Of a stretch of 64,000 nucleotides of DNA, positions 9,016 through 19,917 are shown one piece after another. Position numbers and translations under genes: made by a program. The stretch's first letter is position 1, and the number at the start of each line of letters is the position of its first letter. Source of the stretch: an uncultured Veillonellaceae bacterium. GTDB lineage: Bacteria > Bacillota > Negativicutes > JARBTT01. The stretch lies in NCBI GenBank assembly GCA_963805085.1, contig CAWDTA010000002.1, positions 480,001-544,000 on the forward strand, written 5' to 3'. Below the pieces are notes generated by a model. That model made no database searches. It saw only the letters and a program-made list of their open reading frames with translations, and was not told the origin of the DNA.

Positions 9016-9648
9016 TTATTCGCTTACTTTGGCTTGTTCCAATTCAGCAACATACGCTGTCATTACAGAATCTATTTTATCCAAAACAAAACTACGTGTG
9101 AAAATATCAATCTTAAAATTTTCATCTTCATCATCATTGCGAGATATCTTAAAGATAAGCGGCACGCTCGTACCTTCATAGGTTACATTAGCTTGACAAT
9201 TTTTATCAATGTCTTTTTCTGCCTTGCGAGCAGCATGAATAACACGTTCTTGCTCTATTGGATCAAGGTCCTTATCAAAAATCCCATTTAAACGTTCAAT
9301 AAACCCATTGATTTCAAGAATTGAGTCAAGCACAATTGTTGCTTGCTCGACCTCATACATTTTTTCGGGATAATACTCCTCAATAAAAGCACGCATATCA
9401 GGATTATCTTCATAATCTTCAAGCTCGTCTTTTTTTCCCAATAACGTTTTTCCCCAGCTAATGATTTGTAAGATCGGCAAGCAAATAAACATCAAAAAAA
9501 AGGCTATTTTAAGCATATTATCGTTCACCGGCATTTGCGAGTTCAAATAGCGTTCTAATACTGCCATATCTTTTCTATCTTTATAATATAGACCACCTGC
9601 AATGATAATATACAATGCTAGACTTAAACTAACTACCAAGCTATTCAC
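9016..9648 (-). CDS. hypothetical membrane protein
   Basis: Two N-terminal TM segments, acidic C-terminal domain; terminator hairpin near 8972-9014. Confidence 0.7.
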   Translation of the reverse strand: MNSLVVSLSLALYIIIAGGLYYKDRKDMAVLERYLNSQMPVNDNMLKIAFFLMFICLPILQIISWGKTLLGKKDELEDYEDNPDMRAFIEEYYPEKMYEVEQATIVLDSILEINGFIERLNGIFDKDLDPIEQERVIHAARKAEKDIDKNCQANVTYEGTSVPLIFKISRNDDEDENFKIDIFTRSFVLDKIDSVMTAYVAELEQAKVSE

Positions 9649-9869
9649 CCCAAACTATCGCATCGAACAAACTGTCCCTTTGATATTAATTTATATAATA
9701 AATTCTATTATAGCATATTTTTAAATCCAACTGCTTTTTGCTATAACGATTATTCAATATTATACTTCGTTTCTTTGTATACATGAAACCTACAAAATAA
9801 AACTAGGCTACGCGAGGCGATTCATCCATGCGTAGCCTAGTTTAGTTTATTTATCTTAGTAATTACTGT

Positions 9870-11438
9870 TTATTTTTCTATTTCTACACTTGCCTCAAAC
9901 ATTCTATTCCATGGAAAATCTACGTTTACTTTCGTAAAATCGAACCCTTGTAGATGGTCCTTGGCAAAGGCATTCATTTTCTCATTGGCGGATTTTACAA
10001 TTGTCGGTTTTGCTAAATCGAGCTTGCTATAGTTGCCACCTTTTAAGTGATTTAGCTCCCCAGCAAGTGTTTGACGAATATTAGCTTGATAAGCCCAGTC
10101 ATCCATAAGTCTAACACTAAGCAGGCGATTTTTATCTTCCAACTTCATCTTATCTACTAAAATGCCTTGACCAATAGCAAAACCAGCACTATTGTTCGCA
10201 GTATTCCAACCAGAATATGCCGCTAATTTATTTAATAATCCCTGTTTCTCAAGCTCTGACATCAACGCATTATCTGCTCCATTTGCAAAAGAGATATCCG
10301 CAATGGCAACAGGATAGCCACAATTTAAATACCGCTTGACTTCATTAACAAAAGCTTTGGTATTAGCATGTACTGCGGTTGTATTCGTTGGATAGTTAGC
10401 CTCAGATGTCACTCCATCCTTAGCGGTATTTACCAACAATACCAAATCAGCACGTTCCGTCGTTGGAACAGGAATTGCCCCACTAGCAAATAAATGTGAT
10501 TGAATGGACTTTCCGATTGCCTCGTCAGAATAAGTCGGCACCGTATCAGCGCCAACCCCCTCAGCGTAACGCACCGCGACAAGCGGAATATGCCAATTTA
10601 AATCATTACTTGCCCGTGTTAACAGAACCATCCCCATTTCATCAATACCAGCTAAAGCCTGGAACTTTGACACGCCCAGCTCCTCGCCTTGACTACTGAG
10701 CAAACGACTTTCTTTATGGGTCTGTGAAAACGGCGCGTTGTCATCGCGACCAAGCGCTAGATATTGAAATACATTGCTTTTTGCAAGTTCTACCAATTTT
10801 GTATTGGCTGCAAAATTTTTGCTTCGACGATCCATCCAGTCGCTAACTGCCTCTTTTGGAACACTTTTTTCTAATTTTGCAACTTGTCTCTTTTCCGCTC
10901 TTGTTAGACGATCGCTTTCTTCTTTATCTTGCAAAGAAGTTAAGGTAAAAATATCTGGTCCATATTTAGCATAATAGCTAGGTTCTTCACCGCCGTCACT
11001 GCTCCTTGGCGAACGCATAATGGAACCAAATACATAGATTTTTAAATTAGGGTTTTCTGCGTGCAGCTTTTCAAAATTATCTACACGTTTTAAAACAGCT
11101 TCACTCGTTAACGTATGTTTACGAGAAGCAACTAAACTGCCATAAAGGAGGGAATCCGACGATAAAACAACAGCATCCGTCTTCTTTGCATTGGTAAATA
11201 ACCATTGCCAAAGTTCCTCTGGTTTTCCTAAGGAGGTTCGGCTACCTAACAATTCTGTGGGTGGCACGAGTACATCATAGTCAAGTTTCTTTACCGTATC
11301 CAATGTTTGCGCAAACGAAATTGGACGGTCATCATGCGGAATAAAGATGATTTGTGGCCTAATTGCCGCGAATACTGGCACCTCAGCAAAAGCCGTATAA
11401 AAACACAAAACAAAAACCATAAGTACTTTTTTATACAA
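9870..11438 (-). CDS. DUF4127-family exported protein
   Basis: Signal peptide; PHDDRP, YGSLVASR, DEMG, AYSGWNTANN, FPWNRMFE motifs. Confidence 0.8.
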   Translation of the reverse strand: MYKKVLMVFVLCFYTAFAEVPVFAAIRPQIIFIPHDDRPISFAQTLDTVKKLDYDVLVPPTELLGSRTSLGKPEELWQWLFTNAKKTDAVVLSSDSLLYGSLVASRKHTLTSEAVLKRVDNFEKLHAENPNLKIYVFGSIMRSPRSSDGGEEPSYYAKYGPDIFTLTSLQDKEESDRLTRAEKRQVAKLEKSVPKEAVSDWMDRRSKNFAANTKLVELAKSNVFQYLALGRDDNAPFSQTHKESRLLSSQGEELGVSKFQALAGIDEMGMVLLTRASNDLNWHIPLVAVRYAEGVGADTVPTYSDEAIGKSIQSHLFASGAIPVPTTERADLVLLVNTAKDGVTSEANYPTNTTAVHANTKAFVNEVKRYLNCGYPVAIADISFANGADNALMSELEKQGLLNKLAAYSGWNTANNSAGFAIGQGILVDKMKLEDKNRLLSVRLMDDWAYQANIRQTLAGELNHLKGGNYSKLDLAKPTIVKSANEKMNAFAKDHLQGFDFTKVNVDFPWNRMFEASVEIEK

Positions 11439-11456
11439 AAGCTAACTCCTCCTTCT

Positions 11457-12134
11457 TCACTTAAGAATATTTTGCAACATATTTTTAACTGTATCAGGTA
11501 AGTTAAGAGCAGTTTTAAATTCTACATACCCATCTTTAGGCACAGCTTGTTCAATAACAACAGCATCACTCAGGGAATAACCAAATAACTCTGCCTGACC
11601 AAAACTTGACTCTTTCAATGCATCTTGAAAATCTACCGTTACAGTATTGCCAGAGATCTTCGTCTTAACCGTATCGCCAAGATTTACTTTGCCAACAAAT
11701 TTTTCCGCCATTGATAAACTTATCCGCGAAAAAATCCAGGACATGGTCCCATTGTCAGGTAAATCTTTTTCTAACACTTTAAACTTTAAAACTGAAGTAT
11801 CTTTACTATGCTCAAATTGTTCAATCCGGCATAATAATATCACCTTGCCAATTTTTTTCGTATCCGCTGTTAGCTTCATTTTACCATCACCAACAGAAGT
11901 AACTTGCAGCGACTTAATAGCTGAATTCTCATCAATTGTTTTAGCAATGGATTCATTAATGGTCTCATCTGGAACTGAAAGTTTACCTTCTTTGAGCTGC
12001 TCTAACGTTTGCGTATCCCAAGTCTGACGAACAACATTAATCACGGGTGTTAAATTGTCAATCTGCCCGCTAAGATCACTAAGATTGATATTACCAAGCA
12101 TTTCACTTGATAGATCAATTGGCATATCTATCAT
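11457..12134 (-). CDS. hypothetical protein
   Basis: 225-aa ORF with GGAGG RBS, in operon with the DUF4127 gene. Confidence 0.75.
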   Translation of the reverse strand: MIDMPIDLSSEMLGNINLSDLSGQIDNLTPVINVVRQTWDTQTLEQLKEGKLSVPDETINESIAKTIDENSAIKSLQVTSVGDGKMKLTADTKKIGKVILLCRIEQFEHSKDTSVLKFKVLEKDLPDNGTMSWIFSRISLSMAEKFVGKVNLGDTVKTKISGNTVTVDFQDALKESSFGQAELFGYSLSDAVVIEQAVPKDGYVEFKTALNLPDTVKNMLQNILK

Positions 12135-12240
12135 ATTCTATGGCCTCCCTAATTTGTCCTAACTAATATTAGCATCTGTTTGCCAATTCATTATACACCA
12201 ACCATGAGGCAATTTCTATTTCCTTATTTTACAGACAACT

Positions 12241-12942
12241 CTAAACGGATTCTTTCCGCATATCTTGCCATAAATCACGGGCCAAATTATAAATAGCTGG
12301 CTCCATTTTTGAACGTTTTTCACCAATCACTCGGCTCAGATATTGAACTGCTTTTTCCGTATTGCCCGTTCTTCTATAGAGTTCACCAATCAAATACGTA
12401 GCCGCTGTATCGGTCATACTGCCGATTGGAAAACGTTCTGTTGTCAACGCTCTATCATATCCTTCTAAAGCTCTTATTAATACCTCTTGTTCTTTTTCCT
12501 TTGCCTCAGTGCTTGCATCGCTATCTTCCTCGCCAGCTTCACGATATAACCAAGCTAATTTCAAATACAGCCCTGCCTTGCGACTCTCTGGTGATTCAAT
12601 TAAATCTGCATAATAAAGTGCTAATTTAAATGCATTAATCGCATCACCTCTTGTTCTTACTTCCTTGTATTCAATTTTCACTTTTCTATCTTTTAAAAAC
12701 TGGATGATTTTCTCTTTTTCTTTTTCTCTCAATGTATCAAAATGCTTTTCATCTGAAGCATAACCACAATGCGAACATACCCAAATATCATAGTAATATG
12801 GATTAAACTCCTTGTAATGTACACAAAAATCGCTATCCTGTTTTATTTTAATCAATCGCGACCGTGTTTTAGTCACTTGAAACTTTTCCCCACAAATGGG
12901 GCATTCTCTCTCTACCGAATATGTAAAGCCTACTGCCATCAA
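12241..12942 (-). CDS. DUF2225-family protein (Zn ribbon plus TPR-like)
   Basis: CPIC...CSHC, LKLAWLYR, YLIGELYRRTG. Confidence 0.8.
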   Translation of the reverse strand: MMAVGFTYSVERECPICGEKFQVTKTRSRLIKIKQDSDFCVHYKEFNPYYYDIWVCSHCGYASDEKHFDTLREKEKEKIIQFLKDRKVKIEYKEVRTRGDAINAFKLALYYADLIESPESRKAGLYLKLAWLYREAGEEDSDASTEAKEKEQEVLIRALEGYDRALTTERFPIGSMTDTAATYLIGELYRRTGNTEKAVQYLSRVIGEKRSKMEPAIYNLARDLWQDMRKESV

Positions 12943-13394
12943 AGTTCATCTCCCTATTATAATCAACACCCATGTTAAATCTATTTCTTATCTACCCATG
13001 AATCTCCTAGTCGTTTCTCCCCCTCTTTTTCACGCCCAGCAGCAAATCACGTTGTCAACTTCATTTCTATATGAATAAAAATAAACCTTATGAACTATTC
13101 ACACTTGGACTATTGCTCTAATGATTGGTCACTATTATATATATCGAATAAAGTGCCAATTTCATAAACACAAACTTATAGAATACTCATTTTATTTTTC
13201 ATGTAAAAATCACCTAATTTTCCATTTTATCAGTAAAGAATATAATGTTTTACAATCAGAACCCACTTTTTTTATTTTTTTCTTCCAGAAAAAATGTTAT
13301 GATAATATTATCAAACATGTTAAAAGGATTTTACTCTTTTCTCAGTTTTATTGTAATCATCCAATTTTTAGCATATGAAAAAGGAGTATTTACG

Positions 13395-14048
13395 ATGGCA
13401 AAGATACGGCGCAAAGATATCAAAGAACAGCTTTTATCTGTTTGCAAGCCGGAAAAAAATCATATTATTTTTATTCCCCATGAACCGATCTTATCTGAAA
13501 TAAAAGGCTATGATAAAACAGAACTACACAATCTCCATAAAAAAGGGCTTATGTTATTACCACGAAGTTATATTGTTGCCAACGAATCTATCCCTGTTTA
13601 CGAAGAATATGATACCGTTTTCGATCATATTGATCAAGCGGTAAACTATATTGCCGACACCTGGAAGGTCGTCCCACTAAAAACAACTACCATTCTCCCA
13701 GTACACAGCTACCAATTTATGAACTTTATCAAAAAGCAATACCGTATCAATCTAAGCATCAAAGCCGCCAAGGATCAGCTTCTCACCCTTACGCTAGATT
13801 ACGATGCTGATAGAATCCTGGCGCTAGAGAAGCAGATTTCTTACAACCAAGGCAAAGCTCAAGTCCTTATGGATTGGTTCTGTGAGTGGATGAATGCAAA
13901 ATCCTTCCCACTGATTGATTACAGTGCAGAGTTTCGTGATGTCTTATTTGAAACCTGCGTAAAAGAATTTGAAACACTATTAGAGCAAGGCCTAATTTAC
14001 AAAGACGAATACGATACCTTCCATTACCTGTGGTTGGATGATAAATAA
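13395..14048 (+). CDS. hypothetical protein
   Basis: AAGGAG RBS before ATG 13395 (shorter than the ORF-track call); convergent terminator near 14053-14096. Confidence 0.7.
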   Translation: MAKIRRKDIKEQLLSVCKPEKNHIIFIPHEPILSEIKGYDKTELHNLHKKGLMLLPRSYIVANESIPVYEEYDTVFDHIDQAVNYIADTWKVVPLKTTTILPVHSYQFMNFIKKQYRINLSIKAAKDQLLTLTLDYDADRILALEKQISYNQGKAQVLMDWFCEWMNAKSFPLIDYSAEFRDVLFETCVKEFETLLEQGLIYKDEYDTFHYLWLDDK

Positions 14049-14096
14049 TCTAAAGACACGACACGGATTCCATACGATCCGTTTGTCGTGTCTTTT

Positions 14097-14423
14097 CTAT
14101 TCTTCTTTAAATCGATCCAACATCGAAATGGTATCGACCAGATGATTATTAAAGATTTGTTTGGCCACTTCTAGCAGTTCAAGAATCATCGGATCACGTA
14201 ATGAATAGGTTACTTTATTGCCGTCTTTCGTTCCATGCACAATATTTTTATTACGTAATATTGATAGCTGTTGAGAAACTGCACTACCTTCACTACCAAC
14301 TAAAGTCTGGAGTTCATTGACATTTTTATCCCCTTGCGCCAATAGTTCCAAAATACGAATGCGGAGCGGATGTGCCAAGGCTTTAAAAAATTCCGCTTTA
14401 AACTTTTGTAATTCTAAATTCAC
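14097..14423 (-). CDS. ArsR/SmtB regulator, Rv0081-like
   Basis: KAEFFKALAHPLRIRILELL...VSQQLSILR winged HTH; GTG start at 14423 after GAGGTG. Confidence 0.88.
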   Translation of the reverse strand: MNLELQKFKAEFFKALAHPLRIRILELLAQGDKNVNELQTLVGSEGSAVSQQLSILRNKNIVHGTKDGNKVTYSLRDPMILELLEVAKQIFNNHLVDTISMLDRFKEE

Positions 14424-14424
14424 C

Positions 14425-14892
14425 TTACTCACCTCGTTTAAGAACTTCCTCATATTGATCAAGCGCAAGTAGAATTCCTTGTATCAACGCTTGTGGCCTT
14501 GGCGGACAGCCTGGTACATAAACATAGACCGGAACAAAGGGATCAATCCCACCTGCATTGGCATACGTTTCGCCAAATACACCACCGCCACAGGCGCAGG
14601 CCCCAATCGCTAGCACAATTTTCGGTTTAGGTGTTGCCTCATAGGTAATGTGAAGTGCTTTTTCCAGATTACTGGTCACCCCACCAGTCACCATCAACAT
14701 ATCTGCTTGTCGCGGTGATGGAACAAAGCTCACGCCAAAACGGCTAATATCATAGATCGGATTGGATAATGTCGACATTTCGAAATCGCAACCATTGCAA
14801 GAACCCGTATCGACATGACGAATATGAAGTGAACCGCTCAAAACTTCCTTGATCCGCTTTTTTAGATCAGTTCCTAATTCTTCTTCATTCAC
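14425..14892 (-). CDS. hyfI: group 4 hydrogenase small subunit (NuoB/HyfI-like)
   Basis: GSCNGC, SPRQAD, GACAC, PGCPPRP. Confidence 0.88.
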   Translation of the reverse strand: MNEEELGTDLKKRIKEVLSGSLHIRHVDTGSCNGCDFEMSTLSNPIYDISRFGVSFVPSPRQADMLMVTGGVTSNLEKALHITYEATPKPKIVLAIGACACGGGVFGETYANAGGIDPFVPVYVYVPGCPPRPQALIQGILLALDQYEEVLKRGE

Positions 14893-14907
14893 GCAGCTAT
14901 CTCCTCC

Positions 14908-15234
14908 TTATTTTTCCTCATCTTTATCAACAGATATAAATAAATCTTTTTTCGCATTGACAGCTTGGTAGCAATCTGTCGTTTGCGTAAACGCGTCGGT
15001 ATTACAAATTTTAACGCAGTTACCACATTGGATACAATTGCCGTAAAACAATCTTATTTTATTCACATTCATACAAAGCGCCCCAGTTGGACAAGCGGCA
15101 ATGCATTCTTCCCAATTCGTGTTTTTCTGCGCAGTTAACTCAATCTTACCTCTATATTTTTTTGGTGCTGGTTCAAACGGTTGTTTTTCTGTCACCGTAC
15201 CAACTTGCCAAATCTTTCTAAGCATGTCAAACAT
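14908..15234 (-). CDS. 4Fe-4S subunit (NuoI/HyfH-like)
   Basis: CIQCGNCVKIC intact; first cluster motif degenerate (only CIAACP). Confidence 0.8.
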   Translation of the reverse strand: MFDMLRKIWQVGTVTEKQPFEPAPKKYRGKIELTAQKNTNWEECIAACPTGALCMNVNKIRLFYGNCIQCGNCVKICNTDAFTQTTDCYQAVNAKKDLFISVDKDEEK

Positions 15235-15260
15235 GATGGATTCCTCTCTTTGTCTGCTAT

Positions 15261-16844
15261 TTAACGGTCACAGCAAGAATAACACAACTCAAAACTTTTA
15301 TTAATCAACGGGAAATCAGGAACGATGTTGCCAGGCACCGCAACTGCCACCACTGGCCAATTACTATACGCTGCGGAACGAATGCGATACCGATAGATTT
15401 TATTATCTTGGTCAACCATCAGCCAATGGCAGTTTTCCCCCCGCGCCGATTCCGTCCAGCCCAAACTTGTTTTATATGGTTGAATTTTAGGAATATCCGT
15501 AATAATATCGCCTTCGGGTAAGTCTTGAAAAATTTGCCGGATTAATAAAATAGAGTTGAACACTTCTAAAATACGCACCCTAATTCTGGCGAGTACATCC
15601 CCTTCTTCTTGAACAATCACGGTAAAATTCAATTGATCATACGCCGCATAAGGCAAATCGCGCCGACAATCGATATCACGCCCCGAGGCTCTTGCCGCCA
15701 CCCCGACTGCTTCTAACTCTGTCACTTGTTTCAAATTTAATCGTCCGGTTGTTTCCATTCGATCAACGGCAATTTCATGGTTGAGTAAAATATCCGCCAA
15801 ATCTTGAAAATCTGTATCTAACTCGTTTAAGTGATTTGTGATCCGATCAATTTCATCTTTTCTGATATCTTGTCGTATACCACCGAGCGCAATCACACCG
15901 CGTAAATAACGATGGCCTGTTAGTTCTTCATTTAAGCGCAAGAGCAATTCCCGCATTCGTGCCCCTTGGCTATTGCCTACAGCAAAGCCATAACCAGCAC
16001 AGATATTACCGACATCGCCAACATGATTATACAGGCGTTCTAGCTCCATATATAACGTTCTAATATAAGCTGCGCGCCTAGGAATCGTAACATTTGCCGC
16101 TGTTTCAACCGCCTGTGCAAAAGCTACCGCATGAGAAACATTGCATACACAGCAAATGCGTTCGATTAAAAACATCGCTTGCTCCAAGGTTTTGCCTTCG
16201 AGCTCTTTTTCAATTCCCCGATGCGTATAAAAAAGGCGAGCATCCAAATGAAGTACCGTATCGCCTACCGCCCCAAACCGAAAATGCCCAGGTTCAATAA
16301 TTCCTGCATGAATCGGCCCTACCGGTATCTCTGTCACATCTGCACCAGTATACTCGACAAAGTGAAGAGCTTCGTTTTCACAATGTAGCATACCAGTCTC
16401 TATATAATCCTTACGTAGCGGATACACAGCTTCCATTTGGTCTCCATGAAAAATCAAAGGAATCCGATTGGGATGTCCAATTGCTCTAAGCCCAAGTAAG
16501 TCATTGACTTCCCTTTCATACCAATTGAAGGCTGGCATATGCGCAGCAAGCGATGGAAAGGTAGGATCATTTTCTTCTACAAATATTTTAATCGTGATAA
16601 AATGCCGAATTTCATCGAAAACAAATACATAATAAAGTGCAAACATAGTATTGATTTGCCGCTCATCATTGCCTACCATCGTAAACAACCTTGCCCCTTG
16701 CTCCTGATACAGATACTGACAAACCTCGGGCAAATCTTTTTTATCAATATGGAGTACCGTTTCATTTGCTTGCTCTTCTGCATCTAGCAAACGAGTTCCT
16801 AACTGTTGTACTATCTTTTTGATCATCCGTCTTTTACTGTCCAA
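15261..16844 (-). CDS. group 4 hydrogenase large subunit (NuoC/D fusion, HyfG/HycE-like)
   Basis: GPIHAGIIEPGHFRF, ERICCVC and C-terminal CYSCCDR; TTG start at 16844 after GGAGGTG. Confidence 0.9.
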   Translation of the reverse strand: MDSKRRMIKKIVQQLGTRLLDAEEQANETVLHIDKKDLPEVCQYLYQEQGARLFTMVGNDERQINTMFALYYVFVFDEIRHFITIKIFVEENDPTFPSLAAHMPAFNWYEREVNDLLGLRAIGHPNRIPLIFHGDQMEAVYPLRKDYIETGMLHCENEALHFVEYTGADVTEIPVGPIHAGIIEPGHFRFGAVGDTVLHLDARLFYTHRGIEKELEGKTLEQAMFLIERICCVCNVSHAVAFAQAVETAANVTIPRRAAYIRTLYMELERLYNHVGDVGNICAGYGFAVGNSQGARMRELLLRLNEELTGHRYLRGVIALGGIRQDIRKDEIDRITNHLNELDTDFQDLADILLNHEIAVDRMETTGRLNLKQVTELEAVGVAARASGRDIDCRRDLPYAAYDQLNFTVIVQEEGDVLARIRVRILEVFNSILLIRQIFQDLPEGDIITDIPKIQPYKTSLGWTESARGENCHWLMVDQDNKIYRYRIRSAAYSNWPVVAVAVPGNIVPDFPLINKSFELCYSCCDR

Positions 16845-18318
16845 ATCCTTCACCTCCACCTTGCAATACACTGGCCGCCGTGTGAATTGCTTTCTCCAAA
16901 AACTCTGGCACATAAAGACCACATAATAGGATCAACGACAACGGAATACACATCGCAACACGCATCCACCAATCCGTTGGTTTCTTGCCAATACGAGCTG
17001 GCAGTTCACCAAAGCTCATGCGAATAACATAATAACTCATCCCAGCAAAAATCAAGACGATCAGCGCAGCAAATATGCAAGCCGCCCAGAGTTTTCCTGC
17101 ATCTGCCCCCGCTAGCATGATCGTAAATTCACTCATAAAAATACTAAACGGCGGTGCCCCGGCGACTGCAAAAGCTGCTAGCAGAAATATGATTCCGGTA
17201 AATGGCATCGCTTTTACTACCCCAGAGATGCGATCTATATATTTCGAATGGTATTTTTGCGCGATATTACCCGCCGAAAAAAATAGCAATGACTTAGTCA
17301 TCGAATGATTAAACATGTGTAAAAACGCCCCATAAAGGCCGAGTGGGCCACCGATTCCCACCGCAAGCGTAATAATCCCCATATGCTCAACGCTAGAAAA
17401 TGCCAGCATCCGTTTCAAATCATGCTGCACCATGATAAAGGGTACGGTTACACTAATCGAAAATAACCCAAATGCAATGAGGTAATCACCAGCATGCCCT
17501 TGTAATGTCACATTGGCAATTGCATAAACGCGAAAAATTCCATAAAGTGCGGTATTTAATAAAACACCCGATAAAACAGCACTCACTGGCGCAGGCGCTT
17601 GGCTATGCGCATCGGGAAGCCAAAAATGCATTGGCGCAAGCCCAGCTTTGGTACCAAACCCAATGAGAATAAAAATAAAACCAAATTCCACCCAGCGTGG
17701 ATTAAGCTTCTCTGCGACTTGAACCAACTGTGTCCATTGCAATGCCGCAGCTGGTTGTTCAGCGATGGCATTCAGTCCCGATAAGTAGAAAAAGACAATG
17801 CCGAGCAAAGCAAATGCAATCCCAACAACTCCCATGATTAAATACTTCCAAGCCGCTTCCAGTGAATGCTGCGTTCCATAAAAAGCAACCAGCATTGCCG
17901 AAACCAACGTAGTAAGCTCAATCCCAACCCATAATAAACCTAAGTTGTCTACAGCACTAACGATGAGCATTGTTAAAATAAAAAAGTGTAGAAAAAAATA
18001 ATAGCGACCAAGTTGTTTTCTTGTAATCACTTTTTCCTGTACTTCATAGCGCATATAACTAACAGAATAAATTGCCGCCGTCAAACCAACGATCGCAATG
18101 AGCATCATATTGAAAGACCCCAATGCATCAATATAAATCAAGCCATCCAAGGCATGAATGACATTCCCAGAAAATACGTGCAAGGCAATTAGCCCCGTTA
18201 GACAAAGTGTAACAAACGAACCAATTACCTGCAAAAGATCAGCAAACTTATATTTACTGCATAAGCCAGCTAACACACCTGTCAGTAATGGTGAGATTAA
18301 TAATCCTATCGCTAACAT
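16834..18318 (-). CDS. hyfF: HyfF-like antiporter-type subunit
   Basis: EAAWKY, GTKAGLAPMHFWLPDAHSQAP, AFSSVEHMG. Confidence 0.9.
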   Translation of the reverse strand: MLAIGLLISPLLTGVLAGLCSKYKFADLLQVIGSFVTLCLTGLIALHVFSGNVIHALDGLIYIDALGSFNMMLIAIVGLTAAIYSVSYMRYEVQEKVITRKQLGRYYFFLHFFILTMLIVSAVDNLGLLWVGIELTTLVSAMLVAFYGTQHSLEAAWKYLIMGVVGIAFALLGIVFFYLSGLNAIAEQPAAALQWTQLVQVAEKLNPRWVEFGFIFILIGFGTKAGLAPMHFWLPDAHSQAPAPVSAVLSGVLLNTALYGIFRVYAIANVTLQGHAGDYLIAFGLFSISVTVPFIMVQHDLKRMLAFSSVEHMGIITLAVGIGGPLGLYGAFLHMFNHSMTKSLLFFSAGNIAQKYHSKYIDRISGVVKAMPFTGIIFLLAAFAVAGAPPFSIFMSEFTIMLAGADAGKLWAACIFAALIVLIFAGMSYYVIRMSFGELPARIGKKPTDWWMRVAMCIPLSLILLCGLYVPEFLEKAIHTAASVLQGGGEGFGQ

Positions 18319-18320
18319 AC

Positions 18321-18956
18321 CTATCCCCTTAAATCTTGCATTTTTTCTGTATTTAAACTATGAAAGGCCGTATGAATTCTAAATGACAAGCTAGCAATGA
18401 TAATCACCGCTACAAATAAATCGAAGAATATTCCAAGTTCTACAGCAAGCGGCATACCATAACTAATCGCCTGAGTAAGCAAAAATAAACCATTTTCAAT
18501 CACAATCACGCCGATGCCTTGCATCAGGACTTGTTTATTATTAATAATCGTAAAAGTTCCTAAAAACACTAAAATAATTGCCGTTGATAAGTACCGCATC
18601 CCGTGTTCCGCCCCTGGTAAACTTAGATGCGACGCTACATATTGCCCTGTAACAACAAGCATTAATGCAACAAACAGTGAACCAAATTGTCCCATTGTCC
18701 GTTCTACATTCCGTTTCGCTTCTGTCTTTTTTACCGTGTAAAATAAAATATAGGGGATGATGATTGTTTTAACAACAATTGTTAAAATAGCAGCGATCAA
18801 CAAATGTACCATCCCAGTTTTGTGCCACATCAATAAAGCGATGATTGCCAGTCCCGCTGACTGCACCGCAATGATCACAACTGCATCTATTGCCTTTCTT
18901 GTTCTAAATAATAGCAATGTACTAAGCAACAATATCGCGATAACTAAACTATCCAT
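18321..18956 (-). CDS. hyfE: HyfE-like membrane subunit
   Basis: Hydrophobic; ENG and VELGIFFD motifs; operon position. Confidence 0.85.
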   Translation of the reverse strand: MDSLVIAILLLSTLLLFRTRKAIDAVVIIAVQSAGLAIIALLMWHKTGMVHLLIAAILTIVVKTIIIPYILFYTVKKTEAKRNVERTMGQFGSLFVALMLVVTGQYVASHLSLPGAEHGMRYLSTAIILVFLGTFTIINNKQVLMQGIGVIVIENGLFLLTQAISYGMPLAVELGIFFDLFVAVIIIASLSFRIHTAFHSLNTEKMQDLRG

Positions 18957-18968
18957 AACATTCTCCTT

Positions 18969-19910
18969 CTATTTAGCAATCTGCAAAACTATTGCTAACA
19001 TTGATAACGCAATCGACGAAGCCAACAGTTTTGGAATTTTAAAGATACGAATTTTTGCATACGCTGTTTCAATACAAGCCAATAGCACGCCTACGGCGAT
19101 TACTTTGACAACATAAAACGCTAGACCAACTAGCAAAGCTTCCGCTGTAAAATCCACAGCAATCCCCCAGGGAATAAATAAATTGACAAACATACTAAAT
19201 AAAATCGTTTGTTTCGCGAGAATCGCCCACTGCAAGACTCCCCAATAACGACCAGAATACTCTAGCATCATCGCTTCATGCAACATCGTAAGTTCTAAGT
19301 GGGTATCGGGATTGTCATACGGAATCCGCCCTGTCTCAGTAATGATGACAATCAAAAATGCCAGGCAAGAAAGCCAATGTCCATAGTCAAACAAATCCCA
19401 ATCTAGTTGAATCAGCGTACCAACAATCTCGCCAACATTGGTCGTTCCCACACTCAGCAAGACTGAAATCACGGATAGTAATAAAGCCGGCTCACAAATT
19501 GCTGACATAACCATTTCACGACTAGACCCCATACCGCCAAACGCACTACCTGCATCTAATGCCGTAATCGCGAGAAAAAATCTTACCACCGCAAACAAGT
19601 AGATAATAACGATGATATCACCCGTCATGCCTAGCGGTGCTTTGACAAATAGCGTTGGGATTAGTAACCCCACACAAAGCGTTACCGCGAAACAAATATA
19701 CGGTGTTGCGCGCGTTAGCCAAGAAGCATCTTTGGCGATCACCGCATCTTTTCGTAAATATTTAAAAATATCACGATATGGTTGCACAATATCCGCACCA
19801 ATACGATTTTGCAATCGCGCTTTTGTCTTTTTTATCATGCCTTGTACTAAAGGTGCTAACAACAATACGATCAAGAGTTGCACCAAACCGAAAAGCAATT
19901 GTTTTATCAT
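18969..19910 (-). CDS. hyfC: HyfC/HycD (NuoH-like) membrane subunit
   Basis: GMGSSRE, ETGRIPYDNPDTHLELTMLHEAM. Confidence 0.9.
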   Translation of the reverse strand: MIKQLLFGLVQLLIVLLLAPLVQGMIKKTKARLQNRIGADIVQPYRDIFKYLRKDAVIAKDASWLTRATPYICFAVTLCVGLLIPTLFVKAPLGMTGDIIVIIYLFAVVRFFLAITALDAGSAFGGMGSSREMVMSAICEPALLLSVISVLLSVGTTNVGEIVGTLIQLDWDLFDYGHWLSCLAFLIVIITETGRIPYDNPDTHLELTMLHEAMMLEYSGRYWGVLQWAILAKQTILFSMFVNLFIPWGIAVDFTAEALLVGLAFYVVKVIAVGVLLACIETAYAKIRIFKIPKLLASSIALSMLAIVLQIAK

Positions 19911-19917
19911 ACTACAC